This document shows positions 39,057 through 39,186 of a DNA stretch of 39,186 nt, piece after piece. Under the pieces are notes generated by a model that saw nothing but the letters and a program-made list of their open reading frames with translations, was not told where the DNA came from and searched no databases. Each line of letters begins with the position of its first letter. The stretch's first letter is position 1. The position numbers and the translations under genes are program-made. The DNA is from Candidatus Hydrogenedentota bacterium (lineage in GTDB: Bacteria > Hydrogenedentota > Hydrogenedentia > Hydrogenedentales > GCA-2746185): positions 1 through 39,186 of the forward strand of contig JAYGCN010000314.1 of the NCBI GenBank assembly GCA_046583315.1. Reading direction: 5' to 3'.

Positions 39057-39186
39057 GGGTGATGGGCTCGTGGTTGGCGTTGACGCGTGCGAGGAAGACG
39101 GTGTTGAGGGAGGGGGCGGATTCGTCGAGGATGCGTGCGCCAATGGATTCGAGTTCGCGGCGGGTATTGTCGGCGTTACCGTGGCA
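39049..39186 (-). CDS. Probable ABC transporter ATP-binding protein, C-terminal end (runs off window)
   Basis: ...LESIGARILDESAPSLNTVFLARV...HD* resembles the 'SLEEIF' tail of ABC-2 ATPases; coupled to the downstream membrane protein. Confidence 0.65.
   Translation of the reverse strand, partial: CHGNADNTRRELESIGARILDESAPSLNTVFLARVNANHEPITHD

Noticed and set aside
39057..39143. Pro/Ser-rich N-terminal extension of the 1048-aa ORF
   Set aside because: It is an alternate frame of the upstream gene's 3' end; ATG 39056 fits translational coupling better
1..39186. CRISPR array, tRNA, rRNA, IS element or prophage
   Set aside because: No regularly spaced short repeats, cloverleaf, rRNA-like tract, transposase, integrase or phage gene was recognised

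Overview
Bacterial chromosomal window, standard genetic code (TAA, TAG and TGA all end intact genes). The gene style suggests a Hydrogenedentota- or Planctomycetota-like organism, but that is a low-confidence guess. The centre (~7.8-22.3 kb) is a complete Tad/Flp (type IVc) pilus locus: degenerate GGDEF gene, two flp pilins, prepilin peptidase, tadE, cpaB, cpaC secretin, cpaE, cpaF, tadB, tadC, an OmpA-domain lipoprotein, a TPR protein and a tadG-like gene. The tadG-like gene is followed directly by a diverged, start-less copy of its own 3' 600 nt. A convergent sigma54 enhancer-binding protein with a pseudo-receiver domain closes the locus. Near-identical sigma54 -24/-12 elements precede both the pilus operon and the regulator. 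The flanks carry an acyl-CoA synthetase end, a TolB-like Tat lipoprotein, thiolase, SppA, a heme c/copper monooxygenase-like protein, SGNH, M90, Gfo/Idh/MocA, MBL and epimerase enzymes, an ECF sigma-membrane-sensor fusion, a 5'-nucleotidase, a long ICL2-type isocitrate lyase, an esterase and an ABC export pair. Several genes are broken by single in-frame stops or survive as fragments. No rRNA, tRNA, CRISPR array, transposase or integrase was recognised. All family calls come from motif recognition by eye, not from database searches.
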